A DNA stretch of 64,000 bases from the NCBI GenBank assembly GCA_964620645.1, contig CAZUHU010000002.1, forward strand, positions 781 through 64,780, read 5' to 3'. The first letter of the stretch is position 1. Every line of letters begins with the position of its first letter. This document shows positions 1 to 8,966 of the stretch, piece by piece. The notes under the pieces are model-generated. The model saw only the letters and a program-made list of their open reading frames with translations. It was not told where the DNA came from and did no database searches. Both the position numbers and the translations under genes were made by a program. Source of the DNA: an uncultured Chitinophaga sp. (GTDB taxonomy: Bacteria; Bacteroidota; Bacteroidia; Chitinophagales; LD1).

Positions 1-398
1 CTTACTGAATCAGGCGGTAGCGTGCGCGCTTTACCAATTTGGGAAACACGGCCTGAGGGATCGGTAAAACGATAGAAGTAGGATGCTCCTGCTTTAAGCC
101 CATCCACATCAACTTTGGCAGTATAGTCGTGTTCCGCACCTGCAGATGCATTTCCTTTATGTATTATGTTTTTAAATGATGAGTCGGCGGCAACTTCCCA
201 TAAAAGAGAAACATCCGATTTGTAAGCGAGCGGTACTTGTACCTTGGTCCAGATAATAACCTTGTCCTGTAGCGGATCGCCGGAGGCGACGCCATACCAA
301 AAGGGAGAATAGGCGGTATCAGGATAAATGTTATCCGGATATTGGGCTAAGGCAGAAAATGAGAGAAAGAGGATGAAAAAGGCGGTAAACAACTTCAT
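1..398 (-). CDS. phoD: alkaline phosphatase D (PhoD) family protein, N-terminal part only; gene runs off the left edge
   Basis: Absent from the ORF track because it is open at the edge. Manual reverse translation from the ATG (complement of 396-398) gives signal peptide MKLFTAFFILFLSFSALAQ, then YPDNIYPDTAYSPFWYGVASGDPLQDKVIIWTKV. GVASGDP...IIWT is the conserved PhoD N-terminal signature. Confidence 0.7.
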   Translation of the reverse strand, partial: MKLFTAFFILFLSFSALAQYPDNIYPDTAYSPFWYGVASGDPLQDKVIIWTKVQVPLAYKSDVSLLWEVAADSSFKNIIHKGNASAGAEHDYTAKVDVDGLKAGASYFYRFTDPSGRVSQIGKARTLPPDSV

Positions 399-486
399 AA
401 GGGCATATTTCGGGAAAATCCGGCGTAAACTTGTGTTAAGTGTGCTTTAAATAGCCTCAAGCGCAAGACTTTCTATATTTTTTTAC

Positions 487-494
487 TATATTTG
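487..494 (+). promoter_or_regulatory. candidate -7 promoter box (TAtaTTTG) for the DEAD-box helicase gene
   Basis: Exact match to the Bacteroidota primary-sigma -7 consensus TAnnTTTG, about 245 nt upstream of ATG 740. The -33 TTTG element is not convincing. Confidence 0.35.
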
Positions 495-739
495 CGCCGT
501 TAAACGAAACGCCGGCTTAAATGCCGGTTTCGTATTTAAAGAACTGCCGTTCGAACGACAGTGAGATTCTGACTTCCGTCCCTCGCATTTTATTGCGATT
601 GCAACACACTCTTCAGCATTCTCCCATCCGTTCGGTGGCAAACCGAAATCAATTTTTAACTGCGGTTAAAAAGCTACCGGATGACAAAAATTCCATTGTG
701 GAAGTTGTATGGTGGTATATGGCCGCGCAAATAACAACA

Positions 740-2785
740 ATGGAAAAATTCCGCGCGCTCGGTTTGAGCGAAAACGTGCTTAGTGCACTAGAAAAGAAGG
801 GTTGGGAAAGTCCTTCTACTATTCAGGAAAAAACAATACCGCTACTACTGGCCGATGAAAAGGATGTAGTAGGCCAGGCGCAGACAGGTACCGGTAAAAC
901 CGGCGCCTTTGGTTTGCCGCTTATTGATAAGCTGGATGATACCAACCGCAAGGTACAAGCTCTTATACTATGCCCAACCCGCGAATTAGCTATGCAGGTA
1001 GCTGAAGAGATAACAAGTTTTAAAGGCAGCAAACGCATATGGGTGCAAGCCGTTTATGGTGGCGCCAGCTTTACGATGCAGCAAAGGGCACTGCAAAAAG
1101 GAGTACATATAGTAGTAGGCACCCCCGGCCGCGTGCGCGACCATATTGAGCGTGGTACACTTAAGCTTGATGGGGTAACCCATATTGTGCTTGATGAAGC
1201 CGATGAGATGCTGAACATGGGCTTTGAAGAAGAAGTACGCGAAATTTTGAAGAGCGTGCCTGAAAAGCGCCGCATGCTGTTGTTTAGTGCAACCATGCCA
1301 CCGCAGATATTGAAACTTGCCAAAACTTTTATGGGTGAGTATGATTTAATAGAGGTAAAGAAGGCGCAGTTAACCATTGAGCTGGTTGACCAAATGTATT
1401 TTGAAGTGCGCGACAGCGACCGCTTTGAAGCACTCTGCCGCGTTATTGATACCGAGCCTGAGTTTTACGGCATTGTTTTTTGCCGTACTAAGATGGAAAC
1501 AGATGATGTTGCCATCAAACTGATTGACCGCGGTTACGATGCCGAAGCAATACATGGTGATGTAACGCAGTTTCAGCGCGAACAAACATTAAAGAAATTT
1601 AAGCTTCGTAAACTAACCATACTTGTAGCTACGGATGTAGCTGCACGCGGTATTGATGTGAACGACCTTACGCACGTGGTGAACTACAATTTGCCTCAGG
1701 ACCCTGAGGCATATGTGCACCGCATTGGCAGAACAGGCCGCGCTGGTAAACACGGTACAGCCATAAGCATTATTTCTCCATCGGAATACCGCAGCCTGTT
1801 GTTTATACAAAAGGTAGCCCGTGCACAGATCAAGAAAGAAGAAGTACCAAGTGTGGCAGATGTGGTTGCAACCAAACTTATGAAGTTAAAAACAGAGGTT
1901 GCGGGCATTATTGAAAAGGGTGAGGCAAGCAAATATGCCGACCTGGCCCAGGAGCTTTTAGAAGAAGGTAAGGCGCCGGCAGAAGTTGTTTCTGCCCTTC
2001 TTATTTACTCGATGAAGGATAGCCTGCAGGAATCCAGCTACCGCGAAATAGGCCCGGTTAAAGGCCGCCAACAGGGTGGTGCAGGAGCCGGCGGTGGCGA
2101 TAAGGCCCGCTTGTTTGTTGCCAAAGGCCATATGGACCACATGAACGCCGATAAGGTAGCCCAGTTTTTAGCAGAAGAAGCCGGAGTAAGCGCCGATGTA
2201 ATACATGATGTGCGCGTATTTGATAAGTTTTCGTTTGTAAGTGTGCCGTTTGCTGAAGCAGAACAGATACTGGTTGTATTTGAGAAGAAAGCGGGCGGAA
2301 GACGCTCGCTGGTTACCCGCGCTAAAGATAAAGATAGCGGAGGTGGCGGTGGCCGTGGTTTTAGCGGCGGCGGCGGCAAAAAGTGGGATGACCGTAAGCC
2401 AAAGTTTGACGGCGAACGCAAAAAGTTTGGCGACCGCGAAGGTAAAAGTTCAGGAGAGCGCAAATCATACGGCGAGAAAAAGAGCTTTGGCGAAAGAAAA
2501 AGCTACGGAGATAAAAAGGAATTTGGCGAGAAGAAGCAATACGGCGAAAAGAGAGAGTTTAAAAAGCGCGAAGTAAGTAACCAGGGCGAAAGCCACAACA
2601 CCGGCGAAAACAAGCCAAGAACTGAAGGAGAGTTTAAGCCTAAGAAGCGCGAGAACAAACTGACGGACTACCTGGAGAGCAAAAAACCAAGCGAAAAGCC
2701 TCAGCAGCAGCCTTCTAAAAAGAAAAAGGAATCAACAGACCTTGAGGATTTTATGAAAAAATTTGACGATGATTTAAGCTGGTAA
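740..2785 (+). CDS. deaD: DEAD-box ATP-dependent RNA helicase (DeaD/CsdA/CshA-like) with DbpA-type C-terminal RNA-binding domain and a basic repeat tail
   Basis: ORF track gives 521..2785. I trimmed the start to ATG 740 (MEKFRALGLSENV...). Motifs: AQTGTGKT (I), VLDEADEML (II), SAT (III), HRIGRTGRAG (VI). The upstream in-frame extension has no helicase-like sequence. Confidence 0.93.
   Translation: MEKFRALGLSENVLSALEKKGWESPSTIQEKTIPLLLADEKDVVGQAQTGTGKTGAFGLPLIDKLDDTNRKVQALILCPTRELAMQVAEEITSFKGSKRIWVQAVYGGASFTMQQRALQKGVHIVVGTPGRVRDHIERGTLKLDGVTHIVLDEADEMLNMGFEEEVREILKSVPEKRRMLLFSATMPPQILKLAKTFMGEYDLIEVKKAQLTIELVDQMYFEVRDSDRFEALCRVIDTEPEFYGIVFCRTKMETDDVAIKLIDRGYDAEAIHGDVTQFQREQTLKKFKLRKLTILVATDVAARGIDVNDLTHVVNYNLPQDPEAYVHRIGRTGRAGKHGTAISIISPSEYRSLLFIQKVARAQIKKEEVPSVADVVATKLMKLKTEVAGIIEKGEASKYADLAQELLEEGKAPAEVVSALLIYSMKDSLQESSYREIGPVKGRQQGGAGAGGGDKARLFVAKGHMDHMNADKVAQFLAEEAGVSADVIHDVRVFDKFSFVSVPFAEAEQILVVFEKKAGGRRSLVTRAKDKDSGGGGGRGFSGGGGKKWDDRKPKFDGERKKFGDREGKSSGERKSYGEKKSFGERKSYGDKKEFGEKKQYGEKREFKKREVSNQGESHNTGENKPRTEGEFKPKKRENKLTDYLESKKPSEKPQQQPSKKKKESTDLEDFMKKFDDDLSW
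2453..2560 (+). repeat. six tandem 18-bp units inside the helicase gene, encoding the hexapeptide G-[ED]-[KR]-[KR]-x-[YF]
   Basis: In-frame translation reads GERKSY GEKKSF GERKSY GDKKEF GEKKQY GEKREF. It is preceded by an RGG-like tract, GGGGGRGFSGGGG. Confidence 0.85.
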
Positions 2786-2804
2786 ACAGCAATGGAAAAA
2801 ACGA

Positions 2805-2839
2805 ACGCCACCTACTGATATGGGTGGCGTTTTTGTTTT
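2805..2839 (+). terminator. rho-independent terminator of the helicase gene
   Basis: 10-bp stem acgccaccta / tgggtggcgt (one G-U pair), loop ctgata, then ttttgtttt. Confidence 0.85.
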
Positions 2840-2872
2840 AACCACAACAGCAATAAATATATTTACAGCCTT

Positions 2873-4540
2873 ATGAAGGCTTGCTTAGTTTTTGTTTTAG
2901 TATGTATATTGTTTACAGTGAAAGCGCAAACCAGCCCCTGGTATCACCACACCACAGTTTACCAGATCTATCCGCGTTCTTATTATGACAGCAACGGCGA
3001 TGGGATAGGCGATATACAAGGCATAATTCAGAAGCTGGATTACATAAAGGGTTTAGGTTTTGAAACTATCTGGTGCTCACCTTTTTTTAAAAGTCCGCAA
3101 AAGGATTTTGGTTACGATATTTCTGACTATACTGCTATAGCCCCCGAATATGGTACTGTGGCCGATGCAGAGCAGCTTATTGCAGAAGTACATAAGCGCG
3201 GTATGCGTATAGTTTTTGATATGGTAATGAACCATAGCAGCGATGAGCACCCCTGGTTTAAAGAATCTGCATCATCAAAAGATAATCCTAAAGCCGATTG
3301 GTACATATGGCGCGATAAACCCACGCATTGGCGAAGTTCCTTAAAAATGAAAGGCTGGCATTACTCGCCGCAGCGCAAGCAGTATTACTGGGCCAGCTTT
3401 CTATCCTTTCAACCGGATTTAAACTACCGGAACCCTGCGGTAAAAAAGGCCATGTTTGATTGTGTAAAATTTTGGCTGCAAAAAGGGGTTGATGGCTACC
3501 GGTTGGATATGTTCAACTCTATTTACAAGGATGAGGAGTTCCGCAGCAACGGCGCCTCGCGCAAAGCGGCTTCAAAAAAGTATAACACCAAAGATTACTA
3601 CAAGGAGATAAAGGCCATTGCTAACCAACCGGAAAGTTTTGGTTTTGCAAAAGAGTTACGCAGCGTGTGCGATACCTTTGGCGAGAGGATGTTGCTGGGA
3701 GAAGTGTTTGGCAACCACGCTATGATTAAGCGCTTTTTGGGTGAAGAAAAAAATGATGGCATAGGGCTTACGTTTACATTTGAAATGCTGCGCTTTAAGT
3801 TTAATGCAGCTTATTTCCGCAAGTTAACGGCATCGCTGGAAAAGGACTTCCCTGACCCTTACATGCCGGTATATGTTTTTAGCAACCATGACCGCCGGCG
3901 CAGTTTGAAACGATTGAACGGCGACCTTGATAAGGCAAAACTTTTGCATTTTATGCAGCTAACCGTACGCGGTGTGCCCTGCGTATATTACGGTGAAGAA
4001 TTAGGCATGACGGATTTGCGGATGCCATACAGAAAGGCCCTGGACCCCATACCGCATTTGTTTAAGGCGGTACCGCGTTTTTTGGTGGATATGGCCGGTG
4101 AAACCCTTAACCGTGATGAATTGCGCACCCCCATGCAATGGAATGATACTATCAATGCAGGATTCTCGGTAGCAGAAAAAACCTGGCTGCAGGTACATGA
4201 AAACTACCGTACCGTTAACGTAGAGCAGGAACTGGCGGATAAGAACTCCTTATGCAACAGCATTAAAGCTTTGCTACAGCTAAGAAAAGGAAATGCAGCT
4301 TTAATTAAAGGCAATATGCGCTTGTTGGAAAGCAAAACCCTCCCTCAAAATGTTTTGGGCTATACCCGTGAAACCGCACAACAGAAACTATTGGTGCTTA
4401 TCAATTTTGGACGGGATGATAAGGACGTCTTGCTACCAGGTGATGCCAATGCTATACTACATACTCAGGGTAATGTACAGTTAACCGGAAACATTGTAAA
4501 ACTAAACGGATTGAGCGCCGTGGTGATAGAGCGTCAATAA
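2873..4540 (+). CDS. exported GH13 alpha-glucosidase / oligo-1,6-glucosidase family enzyme
   Basis: Signal peptide MKACLVFVLVCILFTVKAQ. GH13 regions: DMVMNH (I), GYRLDMFN (II), GEVF (III), FSNHDRRR (IV). YQIYPRSY...GDGIGD lies at the N-terminus. Confidence 0.9.
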   Translation: MKACLVFVLVCILFTVKAQTSPWYHHTTVYQIYPRSYYDSNGDGIGDIQGIIQKLDYIKGLGFETIWCSPFFKSPQKDFGYDISDYTAIAPEYGTVADAEQLIAEVHKRGMRIVFDMVMNHSSDEHPWFKESASSKDNPKADWYIWRDKPTHWRSSLKMKGWHYSPQRKQYYWASFLSFQPDLNYRNPAVKKAMFDCVKFWLQKGVDGYRLDMFNSIYKDEEFRSNGASRKAASKKYNTKDYYKEIKAIANQPESFGFAKELRSVCDTFGERMLLGEVFGNHAMIKRFLGEEKNDGIGLTFTFEMLRFKFNAAYFRKLTASLEKDFPDPYMPVYVFSNHDRRRSLKRLNGDLDKAKLLHFMQLTVRGVPCVYYGEELGMTDLRMPYRKALDPIPHLFKAVPRFLVDMAGETLNRDELRTPMQWNDTINAGFSVAEKTWLQVHENYRTVNVEQELADKNSLCNSIKALLQLRKGNAALIKGNMRLLESKTLPQNVLGYTRETAQQKLLVLINFGRDDKDVLLPGDANAILHTQGNVQLTGNIVKLNGLSAVVIERQ

Positions 4541-4554
4541 ACAATTGCCATCAA

Positions 4555-5247
4555 CTAGTTGTAGGCCTGAAAGCGAAGTACCTGCCTCTTATTATTGCAA
4601 AGCACTTCTACAAAGTAAACACCGGCCTGTAAAGGCGGTAAGGGAATTTTATTGGACGGCGAAAGCTGTTCGGTAATTGCACGGCCTTGCATGTCGTAAA
4701 TTCTTACGCGGTTAACGGCATTAATGTCGTCTGCAAACAAGTAAAGATTGCCGGCGTGATAATTAAGACGGAAAGTGCCCGGCTCCAAATCAGCAATGCC
4801 ATTAGGTTCAAAAACAATAAAGCTGTCAATAAGAGGATTTACATAATAAATGTTTTGGCTGAATGGAGCCACCGGCCAAATTACCACTACCGAAGGGCCG
4901 GCCTTAAAAGCGGGCCCGTCTACGTGCGCTGTAATATCAACTATTATATAGCTGAACGGGTCAATAGTGTCGTATATAAATACCGGGTATTCCAGGCCGC
5001 CGTTCAGCGTTGGTGCTCCAAAACTTGTAGTGTCTATTTTATAGTTAAAAACCAGGGTATCCATAAACTGGGCACTGCTATCATTATAAATACGAATACT
5101 ATAGTTGTAATCAGAGCCCAGGTACAAGCTGTCCGGCAGGGGGGTAGTGAAACTATCGATGGTTAAGCGCAACGGGAAACTTTGCGAGAAAGCAGAGGAT
5201 CCAAAACCCAGGAATAACAACAGAAACCAAAATCTTACCTTTTTCAT
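4555..5247 (-). CDS. hypothetical exported protein with type-A T9SS C-terminal sorting domain
   Basis: Signal peptide MKKVRFWFLLLFLGFGSSAFSQ. The C-terminus RVRIYDMQGRAITEQL...LQAGVYFVEVLCNNKRQVLRFQAYN fits the Por-secretion tail pattern. Confidence 0.75.
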   Translation of the reverse strand: MKKVRFWFLLLFLGFGSSAFSQSFPLRLTIDSFTTPLPDSLYLGSDYNYSIRIYNDSSAQFMDTLVFNYKIDTTSFGAPTLNGGLEYPVFIYDTIDPFSYIIVDITAHVDGPAFKAGPSVVVIWPVAPFSQNIYYVNPLIDSFIVFEPNGIADLEPGTFRLNYHAGNLYLFADDINAVNRVRIYDMQGRAITEQLSPSNKIPLPPLQAGVYFVEVLCNNKRQVLRFQAYN

Positions 5248-5335
5248 TCTAATCGCGTTTGCTGATAAAAGTAAAGAACCTTTCGTAATACGAATAATTT
5301 ATTTACTTTTAATCTTACACGGTTAACGCATACCT

Positions 5336-6799
5336 ATGGATATACTAAATCAGGTAGTTGAGCGCCTCAGCAAAGATGAACTGCGCTTTTTAAAAATGTA
5401 TTATGGTAGCACCAAGGCCAGCAGCCGAAAGGATATGGCGCTTGTAGACTATGTGAGGCAAAGCGGCACGCGCTTTAATGAAGATAGGGTTATCAAGAAG
5501 CTTGGTTACAGCCTTGCAGATAAAAACAGCTATTACCGCTTAAAGAATCGGGTGATTGAGGATGTTGGTGATAGCCTGGCCCTGCTATACAGCCACAAAG
5601 TAGATTTTTTGGAGTTGCTGCATTTTCTGCAACTGCACCAGCTTTACTTTTCAAGAAACCTGTACAAAACATGCCTGCAATACCTAAAAAAGGCAGAGAA
5701 GCTGGCGAAGAAGACAGAGGCTTATGATTTGCTGGACCACGTTTATGCCAATTTTATCAGCCTGTCTTTTCACCTGTTAGAAGTAAACCCGGATGAATAC
5801 ATCAGGAAGCGGAACGAGAATTCAGCCCTTGTGTCGCAATTAAGGGAGTTAGACAACATATTGGCCAGTGTTTCGCACCGCTTAAAGGTTACGCAAAACT
5901 TTGGCAGCACTGATAAACTGCAACTGCGTCAATTAAGGGAACGCGCCAGGCAAGTAGCAAGCCCCAGCACTTCGCAATACAGTAAAAGTCTGCAGGTACG
6001 TATATACCAGGCACTTAGCCAGGTGTTTGTGCAACAGCATAACTATGCCGAATTGGAGAAACTGGTAACAGATACTTATGCCCTATTTGAAAAGGAAAAG
6101 TGGTTCGATAAGGAAAACCACCAGTTGAAACTGCAAATGCTAACCTATGCTGCCAATGCACTTTATAAGAACGAGAAAGCCAAGGAGTCTTTGAGTTATA
6201 CTGAGCTATTGGGAAGAGAAATTCAGGCATTTAATAAGCTGTACTACGACCAGTATCTGTTCTTCTACTATAACCTGCAGATATTAAACAACGCGGTGCT
6301 TAACCCTAACCGGGCATTGCAATGGCTTAATGAGTTTGAAAGTGAAATGCGCCGCAAGAAAAACTACTACTACGACACATTCATCTACCTGAATCGCGCG
6401 GGATTGCTTTACGATTTGAAACGTTATAAAGAGGCCCTGAAGAGCTTTGTAAAGTTGTATGTAAGCGACAATTACCTAAGAGCAGCTGAACCATTTAAGT
6501 TTAAAGTGGAGATAAGCGAATTGCTGGCCACCTACGATGCAGGAGATACAGAAGCCCTTATCAAACGTATAGCACAAGTAAGGAAAGATTATGAAGGCTT
6601 TAAAAATCAAAAGGCTTTCAGGCGCGATTTTGATATGATTGATTTACTGGAACAAATGGCCGCAAGCAATAATTACAAACGCGACCCGATCATACGAAAA
6701 AAGATTGCTGTCCTCTTAAAAGCTAAAGTAGATGCCGCCCAGGCAGATGCAGAAATTATAAAATACGACGGCTGGCTAAAAGAAAAATCCAATTCTTAG
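5336..6799 (+). CDS. hypothetical protein, apparently all-helical (TPR-like); no catalytic motif recognised
   Basis: 487-aa ORF with an ATG start and ordinary composition. No signal peptide. Helix-rich, with repeating Y/L/K-rich segments. Confidence 0.65.
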   Translation: MDILNQVVERLSKDELRFLKMYYGSTKASSRKDMALVDYVRQSGTRFNEDRVIKKLGYSLADKNSYYRLKNRVIEDVGDSLALLYSHKVDFLELLHFLQLHQLYFSRNLYKTCLQYLKKAEKLAKKTEAYDLLDHVYANFISLSFHLLEVNPDEYIRKRNENSALVSQLRELDNILASVSHRLKVTQNFGSTDKLQLRQLRERARQVASPSTSQYSKSLQVRIYQALSQVFVQQHNYAELEKLVTDTYALFEKEKWFDKENHQLKLQMLTYAANALYKNEKAKESLSYTELLGREIQAFNKLYYDQYLFFYYNLQILNNAVLNPNRALQWLNEFESEMRRKKNYYYDTFIYLNRAGLLYDLKRYKEALKSFVKLYVSDNYLRAAEPFKFKVEISELLATYDAGDTEALIKRIAQVRKDYEGFKNQKAFRRDFDMIDLLEQMAASNNYKRDPIIRKKIAVLLKAKVDAAQADAEIIKYDGWLKEKSNS

Positions 6800-6941
6800 A
6801 GTGTAAGAAAATACCTTCATTTTTCATTGGTGTTTTTGCTTAAAAAAGGTATTTGTTATTGTAAGATATTGCCCGATTAGCCTTGTGCACCGCAGTTTTT
6901 GTATGGACCTTTACAGCAAGAAAATGCAAAAACAGAAAATT

Positions 6942-8699
6942 ATGAAAACAATGAAAGTTCTTTTACCGCTGTTATTGATATGGATGGCAAGCGGTAACCT
7001 ATCCGCACAGTGTACTGCCAGCTTTTGGGTTTCTAATAGCGGCCTGGGCGATTATTCTTTTTGGCCGCAATTCAGCGACTCATCAATGCAGGCAAGCCAG
7101 GTTTACTGGGATTTTGGCGATGGCGACACTGCCCACAGCTACCAGGCCACGCATCATTACCAGGCATCAGGCGCCTACGTTGTTTGTATGTATTACCAGG
7201 GAATTGCCTGTTCGGGCTCCTACTGTGATACCATTGCTGTTGATGTGTGCAGCATGAACGGTTTGAGCATTCACTATATCAACAACGGGCCAATAGTTGA
7301 ATACTATATCTCGGGGGTTGCTTATTGGCCAAACTTGAATCATGCATGGACTTTTCCGGGAGGGAGCATTTCATCTTCAACCCAGGAAAATCCACAATTG
7401 GTGTACGCGCAATCAGGCGATTATGAGGTTTGCGTAACGGTTGATAACGGAGGCAATTGCAGCAATAGTGTATGTGATACTGTTACCCTGGACATCTCAA
7501 ATTATGTGCCTTGTAATGCAAAATTTACCTGGCAGCAGAATCTGTACTCCTTAGATGTGTTGTTTACACAGCTCGATTCATCAGGATTTATGGAAAACTA
7601 CACTTGGTATTTTGGCGATGATTCAGTTGGTCATGAAGCGCCGGCCTTGTATCACACCTATGATACAATCGGGGCATTCAATGTTTGCCTGGTTAGCCAG
7701 GATATAAGTGGCTGTTATGATTCTATTTGCAATACGGTTATCGTAAACCTGCCGCAACCTGTACCGGTTTACCAGTGGCTTGCCGGTAGGGTTTATACCG
7801 GAGCCACGGCGGCCTGCAATGCAGAAGTATACTTGATAAAGGAAGATACCAGCGGACACCTGGCGCTGATTGGCACCTATAATGTAACAGAAGACACCGT
7901 ACAATACTGCGGGCAATATGGTTTTTATGTGCAGGAAGGGGAGTACTATGTAAAGGCGGCCCTTACTGATTCCAGTGCAGATTATGCTAATTACCTGCCC
8001 ACCTATTATGGTGATGAGTTGAATTGGGCAAATGCTACACTTATTAACCTGAATGCTACTATAACCAATGCTGACATCAATTTGATTGCAGGAACAAATC
8101 CCGGTGGGCCCGGTTTTGTTGGTGGATGGGTTAGCCAGGGTGCAGGACTAAGCATTGCGCAAAACAATAACGACCGTGCTGCCGGAGACCCATTGCCCGG
8201 AGTCCAAATAAACCTGCTGACCGACGCCGATATGCCTGTTGCTTATACGTATAGTGATGCGAACGGACACTTTACATTCGGCAACCTGGCATTAGGCTCT
8301 TATAAAGTATATGCTGAAGCGCTGAATAAAACACCGGTACCATTGAATCTGACTCTGACCCAAAACAATCCCACAGTTGATGATGTACTGGTAGAGATAA
8401 ACAGCGATAGCGCCGTTAGTACCGGTATTGCTGATTGGGATGCACTTTATGTTGAGGGCATAACCCCTAATCCTACTAAAGACCAAACAACAATTGTTGT
8501 TTCAGTTAAACAGGCTGCCGAAGCAGAGCTGCTGCTTAGCGATGTTAGTGGCCGCATTATACAACAGAGGAAGCTGCAATTAAACGAAGGGAGGAACACC
8601 CTTGTAATTAAATTAAACGATGAAGCCGCAGGTATTTACTACCTGCACCTACAGGGCAGGAGTGCAAACAGAACACTGAAACTGGTTAAAACGCAATAA
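6942..8699 (+). CDS. T9SS-exported protein with PKD-like domains and a carboxypeptidase-regulatory-like domain
   Basis: ORF track start 6885 is GTG. I prefer ATG 6942 or 6951 (MKTMKVLLPLLLIWMASGNLSAQ). PKD-type motifs: YWDFGDGDTAHSYQATHHY and WYFGDDSVGHEAPALYHTYD. Also GVQINLLTDADMPVAYTYSDANGHFTFGNL, and a CTD with GIYYLHLQG...LKLVKTQ. Confidence 0.8.
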   Translation: MKTMKVLLPLLLIWMASGNLSAQCTASFWVSNSGLGDYSFWPQFSDSSMQASQVYWDFGDGDTAHSYQATHHYQASGAYVVCMYYQGIACSGSYCDTIAVDVCSMNGLSIHYINNGPIVEYYISGVAYWPNLNHAWTFPGGSISSSTQENPQLVYAQSGDYEVCVTVDNGGNCSNSVCDTVTLDISNYVPCNAKFTWQQNLYSLDVLFTQLDSSGFMENYTWYFGDDSVGHEAPALYHTYDTIGAFNVCLVSQDISGCYDSICNTVIVNLPQPVPVYQWLAGRVYTGATAACNAEVYLIKEDTSGHLALIGTYNVTEDTVQYCGQYGFYVQEGEYYVKAALTDSSADYANYLPTYYGDELNWANATLINLNATITNADINLIAGTNPGGPGFVGGWVSQGAGLSIAQNNNDRAAGDPLPGVQINLLTDADMPVAYTYSDANGHFTFGNLALGSYKVYAEALNKTPVPLNLTLTQNNPTVDDVLVEINSDSAVSTGIADWDALYVEGITPNPTKDQTTIVVSVKQAAEAELLLSDVSGRIIQQRKLQLNEGRNTLVIKLNDEAAGIYYLHLQGRSANRTLKLVKTQ

Positions 8700-8724
8700 T
8701 ACTTACCCGTGCTTGGGTATACAG

Positions 8725-8761
8725 GCCTGTTCCCTTTGCTGGGAATGGGCTTTTGTTTTTT
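8725..8761 (+). terminator. rho-independent terminator
   Basis: 10-bp stem gcctgttccc / gggaatgggc (two G-U pairs), loop tttgct, then ttttgtttttt. Confidence 0.8.
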
Positions 8762-8966
8762 AGAGACACAGGTTATGCCGTTGGAATGTCATATACCGAT
8801 TTTTGCAGAAGCTGCGTTATATGCTAAATCGCGTCATAAATGGGTCATATTTCCGCTGTGTGTCAGAAAACTGTAGAAGCAGTTCAGACCGCCCTTTCAA
8901 AAAGTTTGTAAAATTGTGTTTCCGGCTTAAACCTGCCGGCTAATCAGCGTTCAAAGAACTACCATT

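Noticed and set aside
521-739. 73-codon N-terminal extension of the helicase ORF in the ORF track
   Set aside because: The extension has no helicase-like sequence, and its ATG sits inside a hairpin. The canonical DEAD-box N-terminus begins at ATG 740. I treat it as 5' leader.
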